DNA of 64,000 bases, from contig OZ024741.1 of NCBI GenBank assembly GCA_964016885.1, positions 241,428,001 to 241,492,000 on the forward strand. The letters are read 5' to 3'. The notes under the pieces were generated by a model that had not been told where the DNA came from, did no database searches, and was given only the letters and a program-made list of their open reading frames with translations. Source of the stretch: Eledone cirrhosa (taxonomy: Eukaryota). Numbering within the stretch: position 1 is the first letter of the stretch; each line of letters starts with the position of its first letter. The position numbers and the translations under genes were made by a program. Below are positions 35,801 to 50,800 of the stretch, one piece after another.

Positions 35801-38800
35801 GGGCACCCAAATAAAAAACGGGGTACCCAAATAAAAAACGGACCCCCCATAAAAAAAACGGGACACCCAAATAAAAAACGGGGCACCCAAATAAAAAACG
35901 GGGCACCCAAATAAAAAACGGACCCCCCATAAAAAAAATGGGGCACCCAAATAAAAAACGGGGCACCCAAATAAAAAACGGGGTACCCAAATAAAAAACG
36001 GACCCCCCCCCAATAAAAAAAACAGGACACCCAAATAAAAAACGGGGCACCCAAATAAAAAACGGGGCACCCAAATAAAAAACGGACCCCCCCATAAAAG
36101 AAATGGGGCACCCAAATAAAAAACGGGGTACCCAAATAAAAAACGGACCCCCCCATAAAAAAACGGGGCACCCAAATAAAAAACGGGGCACCCAAATAAA
36201 AAACGGGGTACCCAAATAAAAAACGGACCCCCCCCCATAAAAAAACGGGGCACCCAAATAAAAAACGGGGCACCCAAATAAAAAACGTACCCCCTCATAA
36301 AAAAATGGGGCACCCAAATAAAAAACGGGGTACCCAAATAAAAAACGGACTCCCCCATAAAAAAACGGGGCACCCAAATAAAAAACGGACCCCCCATAAA
36401 ATAACGGGGCACCCAAATAAAAAACGGGGTACCCAAATAAAAAACGGACCCCCCCCATAAAAAAACGGGGCACCCAAATAAAAAACGGACCCCCCATAAA
36501 AAAAATGGGGCACCCAAATAAAAAACGGGGTACCCAAATAAAAAACGGACTCCCCCATAAAAAAACGGGGCACCCAAATAAAAAACGGACGCCCCATAAA
36601 AAAACGGGGCACACAAATAAAAAACGGGGTACCCAAATAAAAAACGGACCCCCCCATAAAAAACGGGGCACCCAAATAAGAAACGGATCCCCCCATAAAA
36701 AAACGGGGCACCCAAATAAAAAACGGGGCACCCAAAAAAAAAACGGGGCACCCAAATAAAAAACGGTGTACCCAAATAAAAAACGGACCCCCCCATAAAA
36801 AAACGGGGCACCCAAATAAAAAACGGGGCACCCAAATAAAAAACGGACCCCCACCATAAAAGAACGGGGCACCCAAATAAAAAACGGACCCCCCCATAAA
36901 AAAACGGGGCACCCAAATAAAAAACGGGGTACCCAAATAAAAAACGGACCCCACCATAAAAAAACGGGGCACCCAAATAAAAAACGGACCCCCCCCATAA
37001 AAAAACGGGGCATCCAAATAAAAAACGGGGCACCCAAATAAAAAACGGGGTACCCAAATAAAAAACGGACCCCCCCCCCCATAAAAAAAACGGGGCACCC
37101 AAATAAAAAACTGTGTACCCAAATAAAAAACGGACCCCCCCCCATAAAAAAAACGGGACACCCAAATAAAAAACGGGGCACCCAAATAAAAAACGGGGCA
37201 CCCAAATAAAAAACAGACCCCCCCATAAAAAAAATGGGGCACCCAAATAAAAAACGGGGTACCCAAATAAAAAACGGACTCCCCATAAAAGAACGGGGCA
37301 CCCAAATAAAAAACGGGGTACCCAAATAAAAAACGGACCCCCCCCATAAAAAAACGGGGCACCCAAATAAAAAACGGACCCCCCCCCATAAAAATACGGG
37401 GCACCCAAATAAAAAACGGGGCACCCAAATAAAAAACGGGGTACCCAAATAAAAAACGGACCCCCCCCATAAAAAAACGGGGCACCCAAATAAAAAACGG
37501 GGTACCCAAATAAAAAACGGACCCCCCCCATAAAAAAACGGGGCACCCAAATAAAGAACGGGGCACCCAAATAAAAAACGGGGCACCCAAATAAAAAACG
37601 GACCCCCCCATAAAAAAATGGGGCACCCAAATAAAAAACGGGGTACCCAAATAAAAAACGGACTGCCCCATAAAAAAACGGGGCACCCAAATAAAAAACG
37701 GACCCCCCATAAAAAAACGGGGCACCCAAATAAAAAACGGGGTACCCAAATAAAAAACGAACCCCCCCATAAAAAAACGGGGCACCCAAATAAAAAACGG
37801 GGCACCCAAATAAAAAACGGACCCCCCCATAAAAAAACGGGGCACCCAAATAAAAAACGGGGCACCCAAATAAAAAACGGGGCACCCAAATAAAAAACGG
37901 GGCACCCAAATAAAAAACGGGGTACCCAAATAAAAAACGGACCCCCCCATAAAAAAACGGGGCACCCAAATAAAAAACGGGGCACCCAAATAAAAAACGG
38001 ACCCCCACCATAAAAGAACGGGGCACCCAAATAAAAAACGGGGCACCCAAATAAAAAACGGACCCCCCCATAAAAAAACGGGGCACCCAAATAAAATACG
38101 GGGTACCCAAATAAAAAACGGACCCCCCCCATAAAACAACGGGGCACCCAAATAAAAAACGGACCCCCCCCATAAAAAAACGGGGCACCCAAATAAAAAA
38201 CGGGGCACCCAAATAAAAAACGGGGTACCCAAATAAAAAACGGACCCCCCCATAAAAAAACGGGGCACCCAAATAAAAAACGGGGCACCCAAATAAAAAA
38301 CGGGGTACCCAAATAAAAAACGGACCCCCCATAAAAAAAACGGGACACCCAAATAAAAAACGGGGCACCCAAATAAAAAACGGGGCACCCAAATAAAAAA
38401 CGGACCCCCCATAAAAAAAATGGGGCACCCAAATAAAAAACGGGGCACCCAAATAAAAAACGGGGTACCCAAATAAAAAACGGACCCCCCCCCAATAAAA
38501 AAAACAGGACACCCAAATAAAAAACGGGGCACCCAAATAAAAAACGGGGCACCCAAATAAAAAACGGACCCCCCCATAAAAGAAATGGGGCACCCAAATA
38601 AAAAACGGGGTACCCAAATAAAAAACGGACCCCCCCCATAAAAAAACGGGGCACCCAAATAAAAAACGGGGCACCCAAATAAAAAACGGGGTACCCAAAT
38701 AAAAAACGGACCCCCCCCCATAAAAAAACGGGGCACCCAAATAAAAAACGGGGCACCCAAATAAAAAACGTACCCCCTCATAAAAAAATGGGGCACCCAA

Positions 38801-41800
38801 ATAAAAAACGGGGTACCCAAATAAAAAACGGACTCCCCCATAAAAAAACGGGGCACCCAAATAAAAAACGGACCCCCCATAAAATAACGGGGCACCCAAA
38901 TAAAAAACGGGGTACCCAAATAAAAAACGGACCCCCCCATAAAAAAACGGGGCACCCAAATAAAAAACGGACCCCCCATAAAAAAAATGGGGCACCCAAA
39001 TAAAAAACGGACGCCCCATAAAAAAACGGGGCACCCAAATAAAAAACGGGGTACCCAAATAAAAAACGGACCCCCACATAAAAAACGGGGCACCCAAATA
39101 AAAAACGGGGCACCCAAATAAAAAACGGGGCACCCAAATAAAAAACGGACCCCCCATAAAAAAACGGGGCACCCAAATAAAAAACGGGGCACCCAAATAA
39201 AAAACGGACCCCCCCATAAAAAAACGGGGCACCCAAATAAAAAACGGGGCACCCAAATAAAAAACGGACCCCACCATAAAAGAACGGGGCACCCAAATAA
39301 AAAACGGGGTACCCAAATAAAAAACGGACCCCCCCCCATAAAAAACGGGGCACCCAAATAAAAAACTGTGTACCCAAATAAAAAACGGACCCCCCCCCAT
39401 AAAAAAAACGGGACACCCAAATAAAAAACGGGGCACCCAAATAAAAAACGGGGCACCCAAATAAAAAACAGACCCCCCCATAAAAAAAATGGGGCACCCA
39501 AATAAAAAACGGGGTACCCAAATAAAAAACGGACTCACCATAAAAAAACGGGGCACCCAAATAAAAAACGGACCCCCCCCCATAAAAATACGGGGCACCC
39601 AAATAAAAAACGGGGCACCCAAATAAAAAACGGGGTACCCAAATAAAAAACGGACCCCCCCCATAAAAAAACGGGGCACCCAAATAAAAAACGGGGTACC
39701 CAAATAAAAAACGGACCCCCCCCATAAAAAAACGGGGCACCCAAATAAAGAACGGGGCACCCAAATAAAAAACGGGGCACCCAAATAAAAAACGGACCCC
39801 CCCATAAAAAAATGGGGCACCCAAATAAAAAACGGGGTACCCAAATAAAAAACGGACTGCCCCATAAAAAAACGGGGCACCCAAATAAAAAACGGACCCC
39901 CCATAAAAAAACGGGGCACCCAAATAAAAAACGGGGTACCCAAATAAAAAACGGACCCCCCCATAAAAAAACGGGGCACCCAAATAAAAAACGGGGCACC
40001 CAAATAAAAAACGGACCCCCCCATAAAAAAACGGGGCACCCAAATAAAAAACGGGGCACCCAAATAAAAAACGGGGCACCCAAATAAAAAACGGGGCACC
40101 CAAATAAAAAACGGGGTACCCAAATAAAAAACGGACCCCCCCATAAAAAAACGGGGCACCCAAATAAAAAACGGGGCACCCAAATAAAAAACGGACCCCC
40201 ACCATAAAAGAACGGGGCACCCAAATAAAAAACGGGACACCCAAATAAAAAACGGACCCCCCCATAAAAAAACGGGGCACCCAAATAAAACACGGGGTAC
40301 CCAAATAAAAAACGGACCCCCCCATAAAACAACGGGGCACCCAAATAAAAAACGGACCCCCCCCCATAAAAAAACGGGGCACCCAAATAAAAAACGGGGC
40401 ACCCAAATAAAAAACGGGGTACCCAAATAAAAAACGGACCCCCCCATAAAAAAACGGGGCACCCAAATAAAAAACGGGGCACCCAAATAAAAAACGGGGT
40501 ACCCAAATAAAAAACGGACCCCCCCATAAAAAAAACGGGACACCCAAATAAAAAACGGGGCACCCAAATAAAAAACGGACCCCCCATAAAAAAAATGGGG
40601 CACCCAAATAAAAAACGGGGCACCCAAATAAAAAACGGACCCCCCCATAAAAAAACGGGGCACCCAAATAAAAAACGGGGCACCCAAATAAAAAACGGGG
40701 CACCCAAATAAAGAACGGGGCACCCAAATAAAAAACGGGGTACCCAAATAAAAAACGGACCCCCCCATAAAAAAACGGGGCACCCAAATAAAAAACGGGG
40801 CACCCAAATAAAAAACGGACACCCACCATAAAAGAACGGGGCACCCAAATAAAAAACGGGGCACCCAAATAAAAAACGGACCCCCCCATAAAAAACGGGG
40901 CACCCAAATAAAAAACGGGGTACCCAAATAAAAAACGGACCCCCCAATAAAACAACGGGGCACCCAAATAAAAAACGGACCCCCCCCATAAAAAACGGGG
41001 CACCCAAATAAAAAACGGGGCACCCAAATAAAAAACGGGGCACCCAAATAAAAAACGGACCCCCCATAAAAAAACGGGGCACCCAAATAAAAAACGGGGC
41101 ACCCAAATAAAAAACGGACCCCCCCATAAAAAAACGGGGCACCCAAATAAAAAACGGGGCACCCAAATAAAAAACGGGGTACCCAAATAAAAAACGGACC
41201 CCCCCCATAAAAAAACGGGGCACCCAAATAAAAAACGGGGCACCCAAATAAAAAACGGACCCCCCCATAAAATAATGGGGCACCCAAATAAAAAACGGGG
41301 TACCCAAATAAAAAACGGACTGCCCCATAAAAAAACGGGGCACCCAAATAAAAAACGGACCCCCCATAAAAAAACGGGGCACCCAAATAAAAAACGGGGT
41401 ACCCAAATAAAAAACGGACCCCCCCATAAAAAAACGGGGCACCCAAATAAAAAACGGGGCACCCAAATAAAAAACGGGGCACCCAAATAAAAAACGGGGC
41501 ACCCAAATAAAAAACGGGGCACCCAAATAAAAAACGGGGCACCCAAATAAAAAACGGGGTACCCAAATAAAAAACGTACCCCCCCATAAAAAAACGGGGC
41601 ACCCAAATAAAAAACGGGGCACCCAAATAAAAAACGGACCCCCACCATAAAAGAACGGGGCACCCAAATAAAAAACGTGGCACCCAAATAAAAAACGGAC
41701 CCCACCATAAAAAAACGGGGCACCCAAATAAAAAACGGGGTACCCAAATAAAAAACGGACCCCCCCATAAAACAACGGAGCACCCAAATAAAAAACGGAC

Positions 41801-44800
41801 CCCCCCCATAAAAAAACGGGGCACCCAAATAAAAAACGGGGCACCCAAATAAAAAACGGGGTACCCAAATAAAAAACGGACCCCCCCCATAAAAAAACGG
41901 GGCACCCAAATAAAAAACGGGGCACCCAAATAAAAAACGGGGTACCCAAATAAAAAACGGACCCCCCCCATAAAAAAAACAGGACACCCAAATAAAAAAC
42001 GGGGCACCCAAATAAAAAACGGGGCACCCAAATAAAAAACGGACCCCCCCATAAAAAAAATGGGGCACCCAAATAAAAAACGGGGTACCCAAATAAAAAA
42101 CGGACCCCCCCCATAAAAAAACGGGGCACCCAAATAAAAAACGGGGCACCCAAATAAAAAACGGGGTACCCAAATAAAAAACGGGGCACCCAAATAAAAA
42201 ACGGACCCCCTCATAAAAAAATGGGGCACCCAAATAAAAAACGGGGTACCCAAATAAAAAACGGACTCCCCCATAAAAAAACGGGGCACCCAAATAAAAA
42301 ACGGACCCCCCCATAAAAAAACGGTGCACCCAAATAAAAAACGGGGCACCCAAATAAAAAACGGACACCCACCATAAAAGAACGGGGCACCCAAATAAAA
42401 AACGGGGCACCCAAATAAAAAACGGACCCCCCCATAAAAAAACGGGGCACCCAAATAAAAAACGGGGTACCCAAATAAAAAACGGACCCCCCAATAAAAC
42501 AACGGGGCACCCAAATAAAAAACGGACCCCCCCCATAAAAAACGGGGCACCCAAATAAAAAACGGGGCACCCAAATAAAAAACGGGGCACCCAAATAAAA
42601 AACGGACCCCCCATAAAAAAACGGGGCACCCAAATAAAAAACGGGGCACCCAAATAAAAAACGGACCCCCCCATAAAAAAACGGGGCACCCAAATAAAAA
42701 ACGGGGCACCCAAATAAAAAACGGGGTACCCAAATAAAAAACGGACCCCCCCCATAAAAAAACGGGGCACCCAAATAAAAAACGGGGCACCCAAATAAAA
42801 AACGGACCCCCCCATAAAATAATGGGGCACCCAAATAAAAAACGGGGTACCCAAATAAAAAACGGACTGCCCCATAAAAAAACGGGGCACCCAAATAAAA
42901 AACGGACCCCCCATAAAAAAACGGGGCACCCAAATAAAAAACGGGGTACCCAAATAAAAAACGGACCCCCCCATAAAAAAACGGGGCACCCAAATAAAAA
43001 ACGGGGCACCCAAATAAAAAACGGGGCACCCAAATAAAAAACGGGGCACCCAAATAAAAAACGGGGCACCCAAATAAAAAACGGGGCACCCAAATAAAAA
43101 ACGGGGTACCCAAATAAAAAACGTACCCCCCCATAAAAAAACGGGGCACCCAAATAAAAAACGGGGCACCCAAATAAAAAACGGACCCCCACCATAAAAG
43201 AACGGGGCACCCAAATAAAAAACGGGGCACCCAAATAAAAAACGGACCCCCCCATAAAAAAACGGAGCACCCAAATAAAAAACGGGGTACCCAAATAAAA
43301 AACGGACCCCCCATAAAACAACGGAGCACCCAAATAAAAAACGGACCCCCCCCATAAAAAAACGGGGCACCCAAATAAAAAACGGGGCACCCAAATAAAA
43401 AACGGGGTACCCAAATAAAAAACGGACCCCCCCATAAAAAAACGGGGCACCCAAATAAAAAACGGGGCACCCAAATAAAAAACGGGGTACCCAAATAAAA
43501 AACGGACCCCCCCCATAAAAAAAACAGGACACCCAAATAAAAAACGGGGCACCCAAATAAAAAACGGACCCCCCCCATAAAAAAACGGGGCACCCAAATA
43601 AAAAACGGGGCACCCAAATAAAAAACGGGGTACCCAAATAAAAAACGGGGCACCCAAATAAAAAACGGACCCCCTCATAAAAAAATGGGGCACCCAAATA
43701 AGAAACGGGGTACCCAAATAAAAAACGGACTCCCCCATAAAAAAACGGGGCACCCAAATAAAAAACGGACCCCCCCATAAAAAAACGGGGCACCCAAATA
43801 AAAAACGGGGCACCCAAATAAAAAACGGACCCCCCATAAAAAAAATGGGGCACCCAAATAAAAAACGGGGTACCCAAACAAAAAACGGACTCCCCCGTAA
43901 AAAAACGGGGCACCCAAATAAAAAACGGACCCCCCATAAAAAAACGGGGCACCCAAATAAAAAACGGGGTACCCAAATAAAAAACGGACCCCCCCCATAA
44001 AAAAACGGGGCACCCAAATAAAAAACGGGGCACCCAAATAAAAAACGGACCCCCCCCCATAAAAAAACGGGGCACCCAAATAAAAAACGGGGCACCCAAA
44101 TAAAAAACGGACCCCCCATAAAAAAATGGGGCACCCAAATAAAAAACGGGGTACCCAAATAAAAAACGGACCCCCCATAAAAAAACGGGGCACCCAAATA
44201 AAAAACGGACCCCCCCATAAAAAAACGGGGCACCCAAATAAAAAACGGGGCACCCAAATAAAAAACGGGGTTCCCAAATAAAAAACGTACCCCCCCCCCC
44301 ATAAAAAAACGGGGCACCCAAATAAAAAACGGACCCCTCATAAAAAAATGGGGCACCCAAATAAAAAACGGGGTACCCAAATAAAAAACGGACCCCCCCC
44401 ATAAAAAAACGGGGCACCCAAATAAAAAACGGACCCCCCATAAAAAAAATGGGGCACCCAAATAAAAAACGGGGTACCCAAATAAAAAACGGACCCCCCC
44501 CATAAAAAAACGGGGCACCCAAATAAAAAACGGGGCACCCAAATAAAAAACGGGGTACCCAAATAAAAAACGGACCCCCCCATAAAAAAACGGGGCACCC
44601 AAATAAAAAACGGGGCACCCAAATAAAAAACGGGGCACCCAAATAAAAAACGGACCCCCCCATAAAAAAACGGGGCACCCAAATAAAAAACGGGGCACCC
44701 AAATAAAAAACGGGGCACCCAAATAAAAAACGGACCCCCCATAAAAAAAATGGGGCACCCAAATATTAAACGGGGTACCCAAATAAAAAACGGACTCCCC

Positions 44801-47800
44801 CATAAAAGAACGGGGCACCCAAATAAAAAACGGACGCCCCATAAAAAAACGGGGCACCCAAATAAGAAACGGGGTACCCAAATAAAAAACGGACCCCCCC
44901 ATAAAAAACGGGGCACCCAAATAAAAAACGGGGCACCCAAATAAAAAACGGGGCACCCAAATAAAAAACGTACCCCCCCCCCATAAAAAAACGGGGCACC
45001 CAAATAAAAAACGGGGCACCCAAATAAAAAACGGACCCCCCCATAAAAAAAATGGGGCACCCAAATAAAAAACGGGGCACCCAAATAAAAAACGGGGTAC
45101 CCAAATAAAAAACGGACCCCCCCCATAAAAAAACGGGGCACCCAAATAAAAAACGGGGCACCCAAATAAAAAACGGGGTACCCAAATAAAAAACGGACCC
45201 CCCCCCCATAAAAAAAACAGGACACCCAAATAAAAAACGGGGCACCCAAATAAAAAACGGACCCCCCCATAAAAAAATGGGGCACCCAAATAAAAAACGG
45301 GGTACCCAAATAAAAAACGGACCCCCCCCATAAAAAAACGGGGCACCCAAATAAAAAACAGGGCACCCAAATAAAAAACGGGGTACCCAAATAAAAAACG
45401 GACCCCCCCCCCATAAAAAAACGGGGCACCCAAATAAAAAACGGGGCACCCAAATAAAAAACGGACCCCCTCATAAAAAAATGGGGCACCCAAATAAAAA
45501 ACGGGGTACCCAAATAAAAAACGGACCCCCCCATAAAAAAACGGGGCACCCAAATAAAAAACGGGCGCCCCATAAAAAAACGGGGCACCCAAATAAAAAA
45601 CGGGGCACCCAAATAAAAAACGGACCCCCCCATAAAAAAACGGGGCACCCAAATAAAAAACGGGGCACCCAAATAAAAAACGGATCCCCCCATAAAAAAA
45701 CGGGGCACCCAAATAAAAAACGGGGCACCCAAATAAAAAACGGGGCGCCCAAATAAAAAACGGGGCACCCAAATAAAAAACGGGGCACCCAAATAAAAAA
45801 CGGACCCCCCATAAAAAAATGGGGCACCCAAATAAAAAACGGGGTACCCAAACAAAAAACGGACTCCCCCGTAAAAAAACGGGGCACCCAAATAAAAAAC
45901 GGACCCCCCATAAAAAAACGGGGCACCCAAATAAAAAACGGGGTACCCAAATAAAAAACGGACCCCCCCATAAAAAAACGGGGCACCCAAATAAAAAAAG
46001 GGGTACCCAAATAAAAAACGGACCCCCCCCATAAAAAAACGGGGCACCCAAATAAAAAACGGGGTACCCAAATAAAAAACGGACCCCCCCCATAAAAAAA
46101 CGGGGCACCCAAATAAACAACGGGGCACCCAAATAAAAATCGGGGTACCCAAATAAAAAACGGACCCCCCCCCATAAAAAAACGGGGCACCCAAATAAAA
46201 AACGTGGCACCCAAATAAAAAACGGGGTACCCAAATAAAAAACGAACCCCCCCCATAAAAAAAACAGGACACCCAAATAAAAAACGGGGCACCCAAATAA
46301 AAAACGGGGCACCCAAATAAAAAACGGACCCCCCCATAAAAAAAATGGGGCACCCAAATAAAAAACGGGGTACCCAAATAAAAAACGGACCCCCCCATAA
46401 AAAAACGGGGCACCCAAATAAAAAACGGGGCACCCAAATAAAAAACGGGGTACCCAAATAAAAAACGGACCCCCCCCATAAAAAAACGGGGCACCCAAAT
46501 AAAAAACGGGGCACCCAAATAAAAAACGGACCCCCTCATAAAAAAATGGGGCACCCAAATAAAAAACGGGGTACCCAAATAAAAAACGGACCCCCCCATA
46601 AAAAAACGGGGCACCCAAATAAAAAACGGGGCACCCAAATAAAAAACGGACCCCCCATAAAAAAAATGGGGCACCCAAATAAAAAACGGGGTACCCAAAT
46701 AAAAAACGGACTCCCCCATAAAAAACGGGGCACCCAAATAAAAAACGGACGCCCCATAAAAGAACGGGGCACCCAAATAAAAAACGGGGCACCCAAATAA
46801 AAAACGCACCCCCCCCCATAAAAAAACGGGGCACCCAAATAAAAAACGGACCCCCCCATAAAAAAATGGGGCACCCAAATAAAAAACGGGGTACCCAAAT
46901 AAAAAACGGACTCCCCCATAAAAAAACGGGCCACCCAAATAAAAAACGGACCCCCCATAAAAAAACGGGGCACCCAAATAAAAAACGGGGTACCCAATTA
47001 AAAAACGGACCCCCCCATAAAAAACGGGGCACCCAAATAAAAAACGGGGCACCCAAATAAAAAACGGGGCACCCAAATAAAAAACGAACCCCCCCATAAA
47101 AAAACGGGGCACCCAAATAAAAAACGGGGCACCCCAAAAAAAAACGGGGCACCCAAATAAAAAACGGGGTACCCAAATAAAAAACGGACCCCCCCCATAA
47201 AAAAACGGGGCACCCAAATAAAAAACGGGGCACCCAAATAAACAACGGGGCACCCAAATAAAAAACGGGGCACCCAAATAAAAAACGGACCCCCCCCATA
47301 AAAAAACGGGGCACCCAAATAAAAAACGGACCCCCCATAAAAAGATGGGGCACCCAAATAAAAAACGGGGTACCCAAATAAAAAACGGACCCCCCATAAA
47401 AAAACGGGGCACCCAAATAAAAAACGGACCCCCCATAAAAAACGGGGCACCCAAATAAAAAACGGGGTACCCAAATAAAAAACGGACCCCCATAAAAAAA
47501 CGGGGCACCCAAATAAAAAACGGGGTACCCAAATAAAAAACGGACCCCCCCATAAAAAAACGGGGCACCCAAATAAAAAACGGGGCACCCAAATAAAAAA
47601 CGGGGCACCCAAATAAAAAACGGGGCACCCAAATAAAAAACGGACCCCCCCATAAAAAAACGGGGCACCCAAATAAAAAACGGGGCACCCAAATAAAAAA
47701 GGGGGCACCCAAATAAAAAATGGGGTACCCAAATAAAAAACGGACCCGCCCATAAAAAACGGGGCACCCAAATAAAAAACGGGGCACCCGAATAAAAAAC

Positions 47801-50800
47801 GTACCCCCCCATAAAAAAACGGGGCACCCAAATAAAAAACGGGGTACCCAAATAAAAAACGGACCCCCCCCATAAAAAAACGGGGCACCCAAATAAAAAA
47901 CGGGGCACCCAAAAAAAAAACGGGGTACCCAAATAAAAAACGGACCCCCCCCATAAAAAAACGGGGCACCCAAATAAAAAACGGGGCACCCAAATAAAAA
48001 ACGGGGCGCCCAAATAAAAAACGGGGCACCCAAATAAAAAACGGGGCACCCAAATAAAAAACGGACCCCCCCATAAAAAAAATGGGGCACGCAAATAAAA
48101 GACGGGGTACCCAAACAAAAAACGGACTCCCCCGTAAAAAAACGGGGCACCCAAATAAAAAACGGACCCCCCATAAAAAAACGGGGCACCCAAATAAAAA
48201 ACGGGGTAGCCAAATAAATAACGGACCCCCCCCATAAAAAACGGGGCACCCAAATAAAAAACGGGGTACCCAAATAAAAAACGGACCCCCCCCATAAAAA
48301 AACGGGGCACCCAAATAAAAAACGGGGTACCCAAATAAAAAACGGACCCCCCCCATAAAAAAACGGGGCACACAAATAAACAACGAGGCACCCAAATAAA
48401 AAACGGGGCACCCAAATAAAAAACGGACCCCCCCCATAAAAAAACGGGGCACCCAAATAAAAAACGGGGTACCCAAATAAAAAACGGACCCCCCCCCATA
48501 AAAAAACGGGGCACCCAAATAAACAACGGGGCACCCAAATAAAAAACGGGGCACCCAAATAAAAAACGGACCCCCCATAAAAAGATGGGGCACCCAAATA
48601 AAAAACGGGGTACCCAAATAAAAAACGGACCCCCCCATAAAAAAACGGGGCACCCAAATAAAAAACGGACCCCCCCCCATAAAAATACGGGGCACCCAAA
48701 TAAAAAACGGGGCACCCAAATAAAAAACGGGGTACCCAAATAAAAAACGGACTCCCCCATAAAAAAACGGGGCACCCAAATAAAAAACGGACCCCCCATA
48801 AAAAAACGGGGCACCCAAATAAAAAACGGGGTACCCAATTAAAAAACGGACCCCCCCATAAAAAACGGGGCACCCAAATAAAAAACGGGGCACCCAAATA
48901 AAAAACGGGGCACCCAAATAAAAAACGGACCCCCCCATAAAAAAACAGGGCACCCAAATAAAAAACGGGGCACCCAAAAAAAAAACGGGGCACCCAAATA
49001 AAAAACGGGGTACCCAAATAAAAAACGGACCCCCCCCATAAAAAAACGGGGCACCCAAATAAAAAACGGGGCACCAAAATAAAAAACGGGGCGCCCAAAT
49101 AAAAAACGGGGCACCCAAATAAAAAACGGGGCACCCAAATAAAAAACGGACCCCCCATAAAAAAAATGGGGCACCCAAATAAAAGACGGGGTACCCAAAC
49201 AAAAAACGGACTCCCCCGTAAAAGAACGGGGCACCCAAATAAAAAACGGACCCCCCATAAAAAAACGGGGCACCCAAATAAAAAACGGGGCACCCAAATA
49301 AAAAACGGACCCCCCCATAAAAAAATGGGGCACCCAAATAAAAAACGGGGTACCCAAATAAAAAACGGACTCCCCCATAAAAAAACGGGGCACCCAAATA
49401 AAAAACGGACCCCCCATAAAAAAACGGGGCACCCAAATAAAAAACGGGGTACCCAATTAAAAAACGGACCCCCCCATAAAAAACGGGGCACCCAAATAAA
49501 AAACGGGGCACCCAAATAAAAAACGGACCCCCCCATAAAAAAACGGGGCACCCAAATAAAAAACGGGGCACCCAAAAAAAAAACGGGGCACCCAAATAAA
49601 AAACGGGGTACCCAAATAAAAAACGGACCCCCCCCCCATAAAAAAACGGGGCACCCAAATAAAAAACGGGGCACCAAAATAAAAAACGGGGCGCCCAAAT
49701 AAAAAACGGGGCACCCAAATAAAAAACGGGGCACCCAAATAAAAAACAGGGTACCCAAATAAAAAACGGACCCCCCCATAAAAAAACGGGGCACCCAAAT
49801 AAAAAACGGGGTACCCAAATAAAAAACGGACCCCCCCCATAAAAAAACGGGGCACCCAAATAAACAACGGGGCACCCAAATAAAAAACGGGGCACCCAGA
49901 TAAAAAACGGACCCCCCCCATAAAAAAACGGGGCACCCAAATAAAAAACGGGGCACCCAAATAAAAAACGGACCCCCCCATAAAAAAACGGGTCACCCAA
50001 ATTAAAAACGGACCCCCCCCTAAATAAACGGTTCACACAAATAAAAAACGGACCCCCCCATAAAAAAACGGGGCGCCCAAATGAAAAGGGGGTGCCCAAA
50101 TAAAAAACGGACCCACCCCCATAAAAGAACGGGGCACCCAAATAAAAAACGGACCCCCCCATAAAAAAACGGGGCACCCACATAAAAAACGGGGTACCCA
50201 AATAGAAAACGGACGCCTCCCCCATAAAAAAACGGGGCACCCAAATAAAAAACGGGGTACCCAAATAAACAACGGCGCACCCAAATAAAAAACGGGGCAC
50301 CCAAATAAAAAACGGACCCCCCCCATAAAAAAACGGGGCAACCAAATAAAAAACGCCCCCCCCCCCATAAAAAAACGGGGCACCCAAATAAAAAACGGGG
50401 TACCCAAATAAAAAACGGACCCCCCCCTAAATAAACGGTTCACACAAATAAAAAACGGACCCCCCCATAAAAAAACGGGGCGCCCAAATGAAAAGGGGGC
50501 GCCCAAATAAAAAACGGACCCACCCCCATAAAAAGAACGGGGCACCCAAATAAAAAACGGACCCCCCCATAAAAAAACGGGGCACCCAAATAAAAAACGG
50601 GGTACCCAAATAGAAAACGGACGCCTCCCCCATAAAAAAACGGGGCACCCAAATAAAAAACGGGGTACCCAAATAAACAACGGGGCACCCAAATAAAAAA
50701 CGGGGCACCCAAATAAAAAACGGACCCCCCCCATAAAAAAACGGGACAACCAAATAAAAAACGCCCCCCCCCCCATAAAAAAACGGGGCACCCAAATAAA

